NCBI GenBank assembly: GCA_017461005.1
Contig: JAFTZU010000029.1
Location: 750-64,749 of the forward strand
Direction: 5' to 3'
DNA: 64,000 bases
Origin: Clostridia bacterium
GTDB taxonomy: Bacteria > Bacillota > Clostridia > Oscillospirales > Acutalibacteraceae
Shown here: positions 27,085-36,909 of the stretch, piece by piece
Layout of the letters: each line of letters opens with the position of its first letter
Position numbering within the stretch: position 1 is the first letter of the stretch
Made by a program: the position numbers and the translations under genes
Notes under the pieces: generated by a model
Told to the model about the DNA's origin: nothing
What the model saw: only the letters and a program-made list of their open reading frames with translations
Databases searched by the model: none

Positions 27085-28083
27085 ATGAACTTAAAGGGTA
27101 GAGACTTTCTGAAACTGCTGGACTTCACACCGGAGGAGATCGGGTATCTGATCGACCTCGCCGCGGACCTCAAGGCCAAGAAAAAGGCCGGCATCCCGCA
27201 CCGTTACTGCGAGGGCAAGAACATCGCCCTCATCTTCGAAAAGACCAGCACCCGGACCCGCTGCAGCTTTGAAGTGGCGGCCCACGACCTCGGCATGGGG
27301 TGCACCTACCTGAACCCGACCGATTCTCAGATCGGGAAGAAGGAGAGCATCGCCGACACGGCCCGCGTCCTGTCGGGCATGTTCGAGGGCATCGAGTACC
27401 GCGGTTACGGCCAGGACATCGTCGAAGAACTCGCGAAGTACTCGGACGTCCCGGTCTGGAACGGTCTCACCAATGAGTACCATCCGACCCAGATCCTCGC
27501 CGACTTCCTGACCATCAAGGAACACTTCGGCCATCTCGAAGGCATCAACTTCGTCTATATGGGCGATGCCCGTTACAACATGGGCAACTCGCTGATGGTC
27601 GGCTGCGCCAAGATGGGCCTCAACTTCGTGGCCTGTGCTCCGGCGAAGCGGTACTTCCCGGCGGACGAGCTCGTGAAGACCTGCGAGGAGATCTGCAAAG
27701 AGACCGGCGGTTCGGTCCGGTTCATCACGGACCCGATGGAAGCGACGAAGAACGCGGACGTTATCTACACCGACGTCTGGGTCTCCATGGGCGAACCCAT
27801 CGAAGTCTGGGCGGAACGCATCCACGACCTCGCGGACTACGCGGTCACGAAGAAGATCATGGACAATGCCGCAGAAGGCGCCGTCTTCATGCACTGCCTG
27901 CCGGCCTTCCACGACTGGAAGACCACCATCGGCCGGGAGATGGGCGAGCGCTTCTCCCGGGACAGCATGGAAGTGACGAACGAAGTCTTCGAGTCCGAAG
28001 CCTCCATCGTCTTCCAGGAAGCAGAGAACCGTATGCACACCATCAAGGCGGTCATGGCCGCCACTATCGGGGAGATCGACTGA
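27085..28083 (+). CDS. argF: Ornithine carbamoyltransferase
   Basis: 332 aa. [17 protein letters not shown] and HCLPAFH motifs. Confidence 0.96.
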   Translation: MNLKGRDFLKLLDFTPEEIGYLIDLAADLKAKKKAGIPHRYCEGKNIALIFEKTSTRTRCSFEVAAHDLGMGCTYLNPTDSQIGKKESIADTARVLSGMFEGIEYRGYGQDIVEELAKYSDVPVWNGLTNEYHPTQILADFLTIKEHFGHLEGINFVYMGDARYNMGNSLMVGCAKMGLNFVACAPAKRYFPADELVKTCEEICKETGGSVRFITDPMEATKNADVIYTDVWVSMGEPIEVWAERIHDLADYAVTKKIMDNAAEGAVFMHCLPAFHDWKTTIGREMGERFSRDSMEVTNEVFESEASIVFQEAENRMHTIKAVMAATIGEID

Positions 28084-28085
28084 CT

Positions 28086-29252
28086 ATGTCTCAATTCCTT
28101 AACCGGAACAATGCCTCTGCCGGAGCGCAGGGGTCCAACATGAAACAGAAGCGGTACCTCGTCCTCTCGGACGGTACCGTTTACGAGGGGTTTGCCTTCG
28201 GGGCCGACGTGTCCGCCATCGGGGAACTGGTCTTCACGACCGGCATGTGCGGGTATATCGAGACCCTGACCGACCCCAGTTACTATGGACAGATCGTGCT
28301 GCAGACGTACCCGCTCATCGGGAACTACGGCATCATCGAGGACGACTTCGAAGGCGAGTGTTTCGTCAAGGGATATGTCGTCCGTGAATGGTGCGAGCAG
28401 CCCTCCAACTTCCGTTGCCAGTACACCCTGGACCAGTTCCTGAAGGACCGGGGCGTTCCCGGCATTTACGGAGTCGATACACGTGAGATCACGAAGACCA
28501 TCCGGGAACACGGGGTCATGAACGCCATCCTGTGCGATTCCATCCCCCGCGACCTCTCGGAGGTCTCTTCTTATGTCATCAAAGACGCCGTTGCCTCCGT
28601 CACCACGAAGGAGAAGAAACTCTATGAGGCGGTCGAGGGCAGCGCCGGGGAAGCAGGTCCTCTGAAAGTGGCCCTCCTCGACTACGGCGCCAAGCGCAAC
28701 ATCATCCGCGAACTCCAGAAGCGCGGGTGCGATGTGGTCGTCCTGCCCGGCACGTCCAGCGCGGACGATGTCCTCGACGAGCACCCGGACGGCATCATGC
28801 TGTCGAACGGTCCCGGAGACCCGGCCGACGCCCAGGACGAGATCATGCAGATCGCGAAGCTCCTCGGCATGAAGCCGATCTTCGGCATCTGTCTCGGCCA
28901 CCAGCTGACGGCCATCGCCGCCGGCGCGAAGACCACGAAACTCAAATACGGTCACCGGGGCGTCAATCAGCCCTGTAAGGACCTCAAGGGCACCCGGACC
29001 TTCATCACGAGCCAGAATCACGGTTATGCCGTCGTCTCCGAGTCCGTGAAGCGGGGCGAAGAGCGTTACATCAACGCGAACGACAAGACCTGCGAAGGCA
29101 TCGACTATCCGGACTGGAACGCCTTCACGGTGCAGTTCCACCCGGAAGCGAATTCCGGACCCCACGATACCTCCTTCCTGTTCGACCGGTTCATCGAGAA
29201 CATGAAGGCGGAGAAGTACAAGAGGGGAGGCGAGCCGAATGCCGCTGAATAA
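28086..29252 (+). CDS. carA: Carbamoyl-phosphate synthase small (glutaminase) subunit
   Basis: 388 aa. YLVLSDGTVYEGFAFGA N-terminus. GICLGHQL catalytic Cys. HGY..., FHPE. Alternative start ATG 28140 (MKQKRYLVL...) is also plausible. Confidence 0.93.
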   Translation: MSQFLNRNNASAGAQGSNMKQKRYLVLSDGTVYEGFAFGADVSAIGELVFTTGMCGYIETLTDPSYYGQIVLQTYPLIGNYGIIEDDFEGECFVKGYVVREWCEQPSNFRCQYTLDQFLKDRGVPGIYGVDTREITKTIREHGVMNAILCDSIPRDLSEVSSYVIKDAVASVTTKEKKLYEAVEGSAGEAGPLKVALLDYGAKRNIIRELQKRGCDVVVLPGTSSADDVLDEHPDGIMLSNGPGDPADAQDEIMQIAKLLGMKPIFGICLGHQLTAIAAGAKTTKLKYGHRGVNQPCKDLKGTRTFITSQNHGYAVVSESVKRGEERYINANDKTCEGIDYPDWNAFTVQFHPEANSGPHDTSFLFDRFIENMKAEKYKRGGEPNAAE

Positions 29253-32200
29253 AGACATCAAAAAGGTCCTCGTCATCGGCTCCGGTCCCATCGTCATCGG
29301 ACAGGCGGCGGAGTTCGACTATGCCGGCGCCCAGGCCTGCCGCGTCCTGAAGGAAGCGGGCGTCAATGTCGTCCTCGTCAACTCGAACCCCGCGACGATC
29401 ATGACCGACCAGGCCCTGGCCGATGAGATCTACCTCGAACCGCTGACGGCCGAGACCGTCAAACGGATCATCGAAAAAGAAAAGCCCGACAGTCTGCTCG
29501 CCGGCCTCGGCGGACAGACCGGTCTTACCATCTCCATGCAGCTCGAGAAGGAGAACTTCCTGACCGAGCACGGCGTCAAACTGATCGGCACCAATGTCGA
29601 AGCCATCGACAAGGCCGAGGACCGCGAGCTCTTCAAGGAGACCCTTGAGGAGATCGGCGAACCGGTCATCCCCTCCGACATCGCGGAGGACATCACGACG
29701 GCGCTGTACATCGCCCACGACATCGGGTACCCGGTCATCGTGCGTCCGGCCTTCACCCTCGGCGGCGCCGGCGGCGGCATCGCGAACAATGCCGACGAAC
29801 TGAAGCTCATCGCCTACACCGGTCTGGAAGCGTCGCCCATCCACCAGATCCTCGTCGAGAAATGTGTCTCCGGCTGGAAGGAGATCGAGTTCGAGACGAT
29901 GCGCGACTATGCCGGCAACGTCATCGCGGTCTGCTCCATGGAGAACTTTGACCCGGTCGGCGTCCACACCGGCGACTCCATCGTCGTGGCACCCGCACAG
30001 ACCCTTTCCGACAAAGAGTACCAGATGCTCCGGTCGGCGTCCCTGAACATCATCACCGCCCTCGACATCGTCGGCGGCTGCAACTGTCAGTTCGCGCTGA
30101 ACCCGGACACCTTCGAATATGCCGTCATCGAAGTGAACCCCCGCGTCTCCCGGTCCTCCGCGCTGGCCTCCAAGGCCACCGGTTACCCCATCGCGAAGAT
30201 CACGACCAAGATCGCTCTCGGGTACAACCTCGATGAGATCGAAAACGACATCACGGGGGAGACCTGCGCCTGCTTCGAGCCGGCCCTCGACTACATCGTC
30301 GTCAAGTTCCCGAAGTGGCCCTTCGACAAGTTCCCGAACGCCGAGCGCAAACTGGGGACCCAGATGAAGGCCACCGGCGAAGTCATGTCCATCGGCACGA
30401 GCTTCGAGATGGCGGTGCTGAAGGCGGTCCGCGGCGCGGAGATCCACATGAACACCCTGAACCGGAACGCGATGGACGGGGCACCCATCCGGGAACGCCT
30501 CGCCAGAGTCGACGACTTCCGTATGTTCACGGTCTTCGAAGCGCTGAAGTCCGGCGTCTCCGTCGATGAGATCTTCGACATCACGAAGATCGACCGCTGG
30601 TTCCTCTACAAACTCCTGAACCTCGTGAAGTTCGAGGACAGTCTCCAGGACGGTCTGACCCAGGAACTCTACGACGAAGGCAAGAAACTCGGTTACCCGG
30701 ACGATGCCCTGTGCGCGCTGTCCGGTGCCCCGAGCCTGCGCGTCGCCGGCATCTTCCACCGGGACGCCGTCTATAAAATGGTCGACACCTGCGCCGCCGA
30801 ATTCGCGGCCACCACACCGTACTTCTACTCGACCTACGACAAACACTGCGAGTCCCGGACGTTCCGGCGTTCCGGCAAGCCCACGGTCATGGTCCTCGGC
30901 TCCGGCCCCATCCGTATCGGACAGGGCATCGAGTTCGACTACTCCTCGGTCCACTGCGTCTGGACACTGAAAGAGCTGGGCTATGACGTCGTCATCGTCA
31001 ACAACAACCCGGAGACGGTCTCCACGGACTACGACACCGCGGACCGCCTGTACTTCGAGCCTCTGACCCCGGAAGATGTCATGAACATCATCAAGGTCGA
31101 GAAACCGGTGGGCGTCGTCGTGGCCTTCGGCGGCCAGACCGCCATCGCGCTCACGAAGTACCTCGATGACAACGGCATCAAGATCCTCGGTACTTCCGCG
31201 AAAAGCATCGATACGGCAGAGGACCGGGAACGGTTCGATGCCCTCCTCGAAAAATACAACATCAAACGGCCGAAGGGCACCGGCGTCGAGACGCTGGACG
31301 GCGCCCTGCGGGCAGCACGGAAGCTGGGCTACCCGGTCCTGCTGCGCCCGTCCTATGTCATCGGCGGTCAGAACATGAAGATCGTCCACGACGACAACGA
31401 AGTGGAAGTCTACATGAACAAGATCCTCGCCCAGGGCATCGACAACCCGGTCCTCGTGGACAAGTACATGCAGGGCACCGAACTGGAAGTCGACGTCATC
31501 TCCGACGGCAAGGACATCCTCATCCCGGGCGTCATGCAGCACATCGAACGGGCCGGCGTCCACAGCGGCGACTCCATCGCCGTCTACCCACCCTACAACC
31601 TCAACGACAAGATGATGGACATCATCGTCGACACCTCCGCCAAACTGGCGCTGGACCTCGGGACCCAGGGCCTCGTCAACATCCAGTACCTCATCTATCA
31701 GAACGAACTCTACGTCATCGAGGTCAACCCAAGAGCCTCTCGTACGGTCCCGTACATCTCGAAGGTCACGGGTGTCCCGATGGTCGAACTCGCGAGCCGC
31801 GTCATGCTGGGTGAGCCCCTCAAAACGATGGGCTACGGCACCGGCCTCTACCGGACCCCGCCCTACGTGGCCGTCAAGGTCCCGGTCTTCTCCTTCGAGA
31901 AACTCATGGACGCCAACTCCTACCTCGGTCCGGAGATGAAGTCCACCGGGGAAGTCCTCGGTGTCGGCAAGAACCTGAACGAAGCCCTCTTCAAGGGCCT
32001 GACCGCCGCCGGCAGGAAACTGACGGCTCCGGACGCCTTCAACGATGTCGGTGTCTTCCTCTCGGTCGACAAATACGACAACCTCGAGTCCGTTTCCCTC
32101 GCGAAGAAACTCGACGACCTCGGGTTCAAACTCTACGCGACGTCTGAGACGGCGGAGCACATCGCCCACCTCGGCACCGATGTCGAAGACCTCGGGACGG

Positions 32201-33294
32201 ACATCAGCGAAAAGAACCGCGACAAGCTCTTCAAGCTCATGGAAGACGGGAAGATCAGCTTCCTCGTCTACACCGGCGCGATGATGGATGATACGGTGGA
32301 GGACTACATCGCCCTCAGCCGGAAGGCCCTGCTCCAGAACATCCCGTGCTTCACGTCCCTCGACACGGCTATGGCGACGGCGGACATCATCGCTTCCCGC
32401 TTCAGCCAGCAGAACACGGAACTCGTTGACATCAACCATATGCGCCGCACGAAGCAGGTCCTGGAATTCTCCAAGATGCAGGCCACCGGCGACGACTACA
32501 TCTTCATCGAAAACTTCAACGGGGAGATCGAATGCCCCGAGTCCCTCGCGCTGCAGATGTGCGACCGCCACTACGGCATCGGCGCCGACGGCATGGTCCT
32601 CATCGAAAAGTCCGACGTGGCAGACGCGAAGATGCGCATCTTCAACCGGGACGGCAGTGAAGGGAAGATGGCCGGCAACAGCATCCGGTCCGTCGCGAAG
32701 TACCTCTACGACAACGGCTATGCCTTCACCGAGGACATGACGGTCGAGACCGCCTCCGGCGTCAAGGCGATGCACCTCTTCACCCGGGACGGCCGCGTCA
32801 ACTATGTCGAAGTCGATATGGGACCGGCGGACCTCCGTGCCGCTTCGCTCCCGACGACCTTCGAGGACGATATCATCCTGAACAAGGCGGTCCTGATCGG
32901 GGGACGGGAATACAACATCACCTGCTGTTCCATCGGCAACCCCCACTGCGTCGTCTTCTGCGACCGGGTCGATCCCATCGACCTGTCCGTCGTGGGCCCG
33001 AAGTTCGAGTACGCCGAGTTCTTCCCGGACCGCATCAACACGGAGTTCGTCCGTGTGGTCAACGACACGACCCTGAAGATCCGCGTCTATGAGCGGGGCA
33101 ACGGGGAAACGATGGCCTGCGGCACCGGCGCCTGCGCGGCCGTCATCGCGGCCTGCGAGAACGGATACTGCCGCAGGGGAGACGACATCACCGTCAAACT
33201 GCCCGGCGGAGACCTTATCGTCAACTACACCGAGGAGCGGGTCACGCTCTCCGGTAACACGGCGCTGGTCTTCAAAGGCATGTACCAGTACTGA
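29239..33294 (+). CDS. carB: Carbamoyl-phosphate synthase large subunit fused in frame to a C-terminal DapF-like (diaminopimelate epimerase fold) module
   Basis: 1351-aa uninterrupted ORF. Residues 1 to about 1060 are a complete CarB (KKVLVIGSGPIVIGQAAEFDY..., second ATP-grasp half, MGS-like tail). Residues about 1068-1351 (nt 32440-33291) align with DapF (FSKM.., GADG, RIFNRDGSE, GNPHCV, RVYERGNGETMACGTGACAA, PGGDL). Confidence 0.9.
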   Translation: MPLNKDIKKVLVIGSGPIVIGQAAEFDYAGAQACRVLKEAGVNVVLVNSNPATIMTDQALADEIYLEPLTAETVKRIIEKEKPDSLLAGLGGQTGLTISMQLEKENFLTEHGVKLIGTNVEAIDKAEDRELFKETLEEIGEPVIPSDIAEDITTALYIAHDIGYPVIVRPAFTLGGAGGGIANNADELKLIAYTGLEASPIHQILVEKCVSGWKEIEFETMRDYAGNVIAVCSMENFDPVGVHTGDSIVVAPAQTLSDKEYQMLRSASLNIITALDIVGGCNCQFALNPDTFEYAVIEVNPRVSRSSALASKATGYPIAKITTKIALGYNLDEIENDITGETCACFEPALDYIVVKFPKWPFDKFPNAERKLGTQMKATGEVMSIGTSFEMAVLKAVRGAEIHMNTLNRNAMDGAPIRERLARVDDFRMFTVFEALKSGVSVDEIFDITKIDRWFLYKLLNLVKFEDSLQDGLTQELYDEGKKLGYPDDALCALSGAPSLRVAGIFHRDAVYKMVDTCAAEFAATTPYFYSTYDKHCESRTFRRSGKPTVMVLGSGPIRIGQGIEFDYSSVHCVWTLKELGYDVVIVNNNPETVSTDYDTADRLYFEPLTPEDVMNIIKVEKPVGVVVAFGGQTAIALTKYLDDNGIKILGTSAKSIDTAEDRERFDALLEKYNIKRPKGTGVETLDGALRAARKLGYPVLLRPSYVIGGQNMKIVHDDNEVEVYMNKILAQGIDNPVLVDKYMQGTELEVDVISDGKDILIPGVMQHIERAGVHSGDSIAVYPPYNLNDKMMDIIVDTSAKLALDLGTQGLVNIQYLIYQNELYVIEVNPRASRTVPYISKVTGVPMVELASRVMLGEPLKTMGYGTGLYRTPPYVAVKVPVFSFEKLMDANSYLGPEMKSTGEVLGVGKNLNEALFKGLTAAGRKLTAPDAFNDVGVFLSVDKYDNLESVSLAKKLDDLGFKLYATSETAEHIAHLGTDVEDLGTDISEKNRDKLFKLMEDGKISFLVYTGAMMDDTVEDYIALSRKALLQNIPCFTSLDTAMATADIIASRFSQQNTELVDINHMRRTKQVLEFSKMQATGDDYIFIENFNGEIECPESLALQMCDRHYGIGADGMVLIEKSDVADAKMRIFNRDGSEGKMAGNSIRSVAKYLYDNGYAFTEDMTVETASGVKAMHLFTRDGRVNYVEVDMGPADLRAASLPTTFEDDIILNKAVLIGGREYNITCCSIGNPHCVVFCDRVDPIDLSVVGPKFEYAEFFPDRINTEFVRVVNDTTLKIRVYERGNGETMACGTGACAAVIAACENGYCRRGDDITVKLPGGDLIVNYTEERVTLSGNTALVFKGMYQY

Positions 33295-33309
33295 ACCGAC
33301 CAAAGCAAA

Positions 33310-33339
33310 AGGCAGTGCAGAAATGCACTGCCTTTTTTT
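33310..33339 (+). terminator. rho-independent terminator after the carB fusion gene
   Basis: aggcagtgca / tgcactgcct perfect stem with a 4-nt loop, followed by a T7 run. Confidence 0.88.
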
Positions 33340-33486
33340 GCAGTTTTGACAGGTTTTTGACAGCTGTGGAACCTCTTTTGTATGAGAATTAGTTATGGAT
33401 TTTTTGTGAATAATAGGGTATAGTATTCTGGTAATATATGTTATCCAAACACCAAATGTGAAATCATTCGAGAAAGGGGAAGCTTC

Positions 33487-34452
33487 ATGAAGAAAGCAAC
33501 CAAAAAACTGTTTGCCGCTCTGATGGCCGTCCTGATGATGGTTTCGGTCTTCTCTCTGAGCGCGTTCGCCTATGACCGCAACGGCAAGACGGTCAAAAAG
33601 ATCGTCATGATCGGCGACAGTATCGCTGCCGGCTTCAGTCTTCCGGACTATGACCGCCGCGGCGTCTACTGCCTGCAGAACAAGCGCGTCAAAGGTTCGT
33701 TCGGCGACATCGTTGCCACGAAATTCGGCGTGAAAGGCAAAAACTATACACCTTATGTCTCTCCCGGTTTCCGTACCAAAGAGATCCGCGTCTTCCTCGA
33801 GAACGACTATGAGGGCGACTTTGTCACTCAGAACTTCATTGGCTCTCTGTCCGGCAACCCGAACTACAACCTGGAGGTCATGAAGTCCAAGCGTGCGACC
33901 ATGCAGAAGAAGATCGCCAATGCCGATATGATCATGCTGGAGATCGGCTTCAACGACACCTGGCTCACCACCATGGGTGCCTACACCGACTTCTCCATGA
34001 CCGGCAACGACCCCATCGGCCGTATCATGAATTCCCCGCGGTACCTGTATGAGCTCCAGATGGCCATCCAGGATACCCTCGTGAACTTCGGCAACGAGTT
34101 CAGCGCGATCGTCAACGATCTCTACCGTCTGAACCCGAACGCAACGCTCGTCGTCGTCGGTGTCTACAACCCGTTCAAGGACTGGACCATTCCGGACGGC
34201 TCCATGATCTATGCCGGCCAGCTCCTGAACTTCCTGTACAACAACATGAACAACGCGATGCGTTCTCATGCCAATGACGGCGTCCACGACTATGTCTTCG
34301 TCGACGTTCCGGACACGGAAGTCATCTCCGACTCGGTCAACGACATGCTGAGCGGTGTCCCGGCCCTTCAGAAGGGCGGCTGGGATCCCCATCCGACCGA
34401 AGCCGGCCACCAGTACATCGCCAACCAGATCCTGACGGCCCTCGGTGCCTGA
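33487..34452 (+). CDS. Secreted SGNH/GDSL-family hydrolase (lipase/esterase-like), paralog 1
   Basis: 321 aa. Signal peptide ...SLSAFA/YD. Block I IGDSIAAGF. Block III GFNDTW. Block V DPHPTEAGH. Confidence 0.85.
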   Translation: MKKATKKLFAALMAVLMMVSVFSLSAFAYDRNGKTVKKIVMIGDSIAAGFSLPDYDRRGVYCLQNKRVKGSFGDIVATKFGVKGKNYTPYVSPGFRTKEIRVFLENDYEGDFVTQNFIGSLSGNPNYNLEVMKSKRATMQKKIANADMIMLEIGFNDTWLTTMGAYTDFSMTGNDPIGRIMNSPRYLYELQMAIQDTLVNFGNEFSAIVNDLYRLNPNATLVVVGVYNPFKDWTIPDGSMIYAGQLLNFLYNNMNNAMRSHANDGVHDYVFVDVPDTEVISDSVNDMLSGVPALQKGGWDPHPTEAGHQYIANQILTALGA

Positions 34453-34472
34453 TCGATCCACAAAACAACAAG

Positions 34473-34505
34473 ACCCCGGATCCATACGGATCCGGGGTTT
34501 CTTTT
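34473..34505. terminator. Bidirectional terminator
   Basis: accccggatcc / ggatccggggt perfect 11-bp stem with a 4-nt loop and a T-rich tail. Confidence 0.8.
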
Positions 34506-34511
34506 GTTGGT

Positions 34512-35186
34512 TTATTCGTCGTGTTTTGCGTAGATCCAGAACCAGATCATCATCCCGAGTTCTCCGAACATGGAGAAGAGGAACGTTTCGGCAAGGTGCC
34601 CGGTCGCGGGCCCGATGCCGGAAAAGACAAGCATGAGCAGCCCGGAAAGGGTCAGCTCTTTGCGGCCTTTCTTTTTCCAGAGGACGATGCCGCAGAGGAT
34701 GAGGACGATCGTCGGAAGGACGGACAGGACCGGCATGAGGTGTCCGACCCATTTCGGCGTGAGGTCTGTGTCGGCGATGAACCGGGTGATGCCGGCGTAG
34801 TCGAGGGCCTTCAGCTTGATCCTGCTGCCGGTGTAGACACCGAGCAGGGCCAGGACAGCGGTCGCGATGCCGACGGCTTTCAGGACCTTCTTGTTCGCGT
34901 CGAGCGCATGGGCGCAGATGGGGATGAGCAGCGGCACCATGGCGCCGTGCAGGATGTAGCGGGGATAGCTCAGCAGCCGGAGCAGCTTCGTATCTCCCAG
35001 AAAGGCTCCGAGCCCCAGAACGACGGCGTCGTAACAGAGTCCGAAGGCGACCCCTGCCATCAGCAGGGGAATGGGGTGTCTCGGTTCTCCCTGTGCCAGT
35101 TTCAGGAACAGGAAGAACAGGATCATATAGATCGCCGCCATCAGCCAAAGGACGACCGGTGCGGCGACCAGAACAGTCTGGATCAT
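34512..35186 (-). CDS. Polytopic membrane protein, unknown function
   Basis: 224 aa. About 6-7 hydrophobic segments. Coherent GC3 codon usage. No family recognised. Confidence 0.65.
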   Translation of the reverse strand: MIQTVLVAAPVVLWLMAAIYMILFFLFLKLAQGEPRHPIPLLMAGVAFGLCYDAVVLGLGAFLGDTKLLRLLSYPRYILHGAMVPLLIPICAHALDANKKVLKAVGIATAVLALLGVYTGSRIKLKALDYAGITRFIADTDLTPKWVGHLMPVLSVLPTIVLILCGIVLWKKKGRKELTLSGLLMLVFSGIGPATGHLAETFLFSMFGELGMMIWFWIYAKHDE

Positions 35187-35366
35187 TTCAATTTCCTCCT
35201 AAGTCAATTTCATTATACACGGCCAAATTTTCAATATCAATTTATAAAAAGTGTTATTCTGTCACCTTTCCAACAATTCGGAGAGGGGTCGTTCTGTATT
35301 TGGCCGCCGGTTCTGTTATACTGGTAATGGTAACATTTACGTTGATACACAAAGGAGGAAACCAAA

Positions 35367-36737
35367 ATGAGCAAGAAGATCATCGTCGCCGGCGCCGGCC
35401 ACGGCGGACTCACCGCAGCTGCCCTGCTGGCAAAAGCCGGATTCGACGTCACCATCTACGAGCGGAACGAAGCGGACAAGCTCGGGTATGACTGGACCGA
35501 CATCTTCGATCCGAAGGCCCTCGACGTCGTCGGCTGCCCGCGTCCGGAAGAAGTGGGACTGCCCTGGGAGTGGAAGATCGACATGACGTTCTACGGTCCC
35601 AACACCACCCCGGACAAGAAGATCCGCCAGCGCGTCCCGAACGATCCGAACGAGATGGAGATCAAGATGGAGCGCTCCGACATCTATAAACTCCTCGTCG
35701 ACTTTGCCGTGGACAACGGCGCGAAGATCGAGTACGGTGTGAAGATCAACGGCCCCGTCATGGCCGGCGACCGCGTCATCGGCATCACGACCGACAAGGG
35801 CGACTTCCTGGCCGACCTGGTCATCGACGCCGCCGGTGCCGAGTCCGTCATCCGAACGAAGCTGCCGGACTGCCTCGGCATCCAGAAGCACCCGAACTGG
35901 GGCGAGAAGTTCTATGTCTACCGCGCGTTCTACGACCTGCCCGTCGACCCTGCCACCGTCGATGACAAGTACAAGGTCATCCTCTACCCGGACAGCGAAT
36001 CCATCGGCATCGGGTGGATCGCCACCGAAGAGACCTTCTCGGACCTCCTCATCGGCCATATGGACCCGCTGACGGTCTCCGAAGCCGAAGAGATCGCCGA
36101 CCGGTACCGCAAGACGAACCCGCAGCTCGGCACGAAGAAACTTCGCGGCGGCCAGCTCGTCCTCATCCCGGTCCGCCAGCCCCTGTCCATCATGGTGGCA
36201 GACGGCTACGCGGCGATCGGCGATTCCGCCTTCATGACGGTCCCGATCATCGGTTCCGGCATCGGCAACGCCATCAAGAATTCGAAGATCCTCGCCGAGA
36301 CCATCATCAATGACAAGACCGAGACCTACTCCGCCGAGACTCTCTGGCCGTACCAGTACGAGTACTTCCAGAAGATGGGCAAGAACATCGCCCCGCTGGC
36401 GCTCGTCAAACTCCTGCTGACCCGCATCTCGCAGGACCAGCTGGACTATGCGTTCAATGAAGGTATCCTGACCCACCACGAACTCACCATCACGGCGAAC
36501 CACACGAGCCTCTGGAAGTTCCTGCATTTCGACCCGAACCTGCCGAAGAGAGGCGTCGCCATCGTCAAGGACCCCGACCTTCTGAAGAAGGGTGCCGGTG
36601 TCGTCCTCGACGTCGTCGCCGCGCTGGCGGTCGAACAGTTCCTGCCGAAACAGTATTCGAGACCGGCGGTCCAGGCCTGGGCCAGAGCCTATGACAAGAT
36701 TTTTACGCACCGTTTGAAGGCAATGGGGAAAGTATAA
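35367..36737 (+). CDS. FAD-dependent oxidoreductase, geranylgeranyl-reductase-like
   Basis: 456 aa. N-terminal Rossmann IIVAGAGHGGLTAAALLAKAGFDVTIYE. Distal GDSAFMTVPIIGSGIG motif. Confidence 0.75.
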   Translation: MSKKIIVAGAGHGGLTAAALLAKAGFDVTIYERNEADKLGYDWTDIFDPKALDVVGCPRPEEVGLPWEWKIDMTFYGPNTTPDKKIRQRVPNDPNEMEIKMERSDIYKLLVDFAVDNGAKIEYGVKINGPVMAGDRVIGITTDKGDFLADLVIDAAGAESVIRTKLPDCLGIQKHPNWGEKFYVYRAFYDLPVDPATVDDKYKVILYPDSESIGIGWIATEETFSDLLIGHMDPLTVSEAEEIADRYRKTNPQLGTKKLRGGQLVLIPVRQPLSIMVADGYAAIGDSAFMTVPIIGSGIGNAIKNSKILAETIINDKTETYSAETLWPYQYEYFQKMGKNIAPLALVKLLLTRISQDQLDYAFNEGILTHHELTITANHTSLWKFLHFDPNLPKRGVAIVKDPDLLKKGAGVVLDVVAALAVEQFLPKQYSRPAVQAWARAYDKIFTHRLKAMGKV

Positions 36738-36839
36738 GCGTAATGTAAAGTTTTTCCATGCATTTGTATGCGTATAAATGGTTGTCCGAATAACGGCTGT
36801 TCTTTGTGCACTTTACCGAACCCAATCGCTAAAATTGGA

Positions 36840-36909
36840 CACCCGCCCAACAATTGTGAACCGTTTGAGACACGGTATTTTACAAATTGTTGGGTAGGTG
36901 TTTTTTTTT
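36840..36909 (+). terminator. Long compound hairpin followed by T9 (strong intrinsic terminator or structured 3' element)
   Basis: Outer stem cacc(cg)cccaacaattgt / acaaattgttggg(ta)ggtg encloses an inner hairpin accgt/acggt, followed by ttttttttt at 36901-36909. Confidence 0.75.

Noticed and set aside
26873-27088. 71-aa ORF in the AT-rich region upstream of argF
   Set aside because: It lies in the operator/promoter region. It has AT-rich atypical codon usage, no RBS, and a low-complexity Y/F/K/I-rich translation. The region is better explained as ARG boxes.
29191-35148. 1985-aa minus-strand ORF spanning carB, an intergenic region, the SGNH hydrolase gene and part of a membrane protein gene
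   Set aside because: It is antisense to strongly supported genes. The composition is Arg/Gly/Asp/Val-rich with no motifs. It runs straight through a rho-independent terminator and promoter region. This is a stop-codon-poor artefact of high GC.
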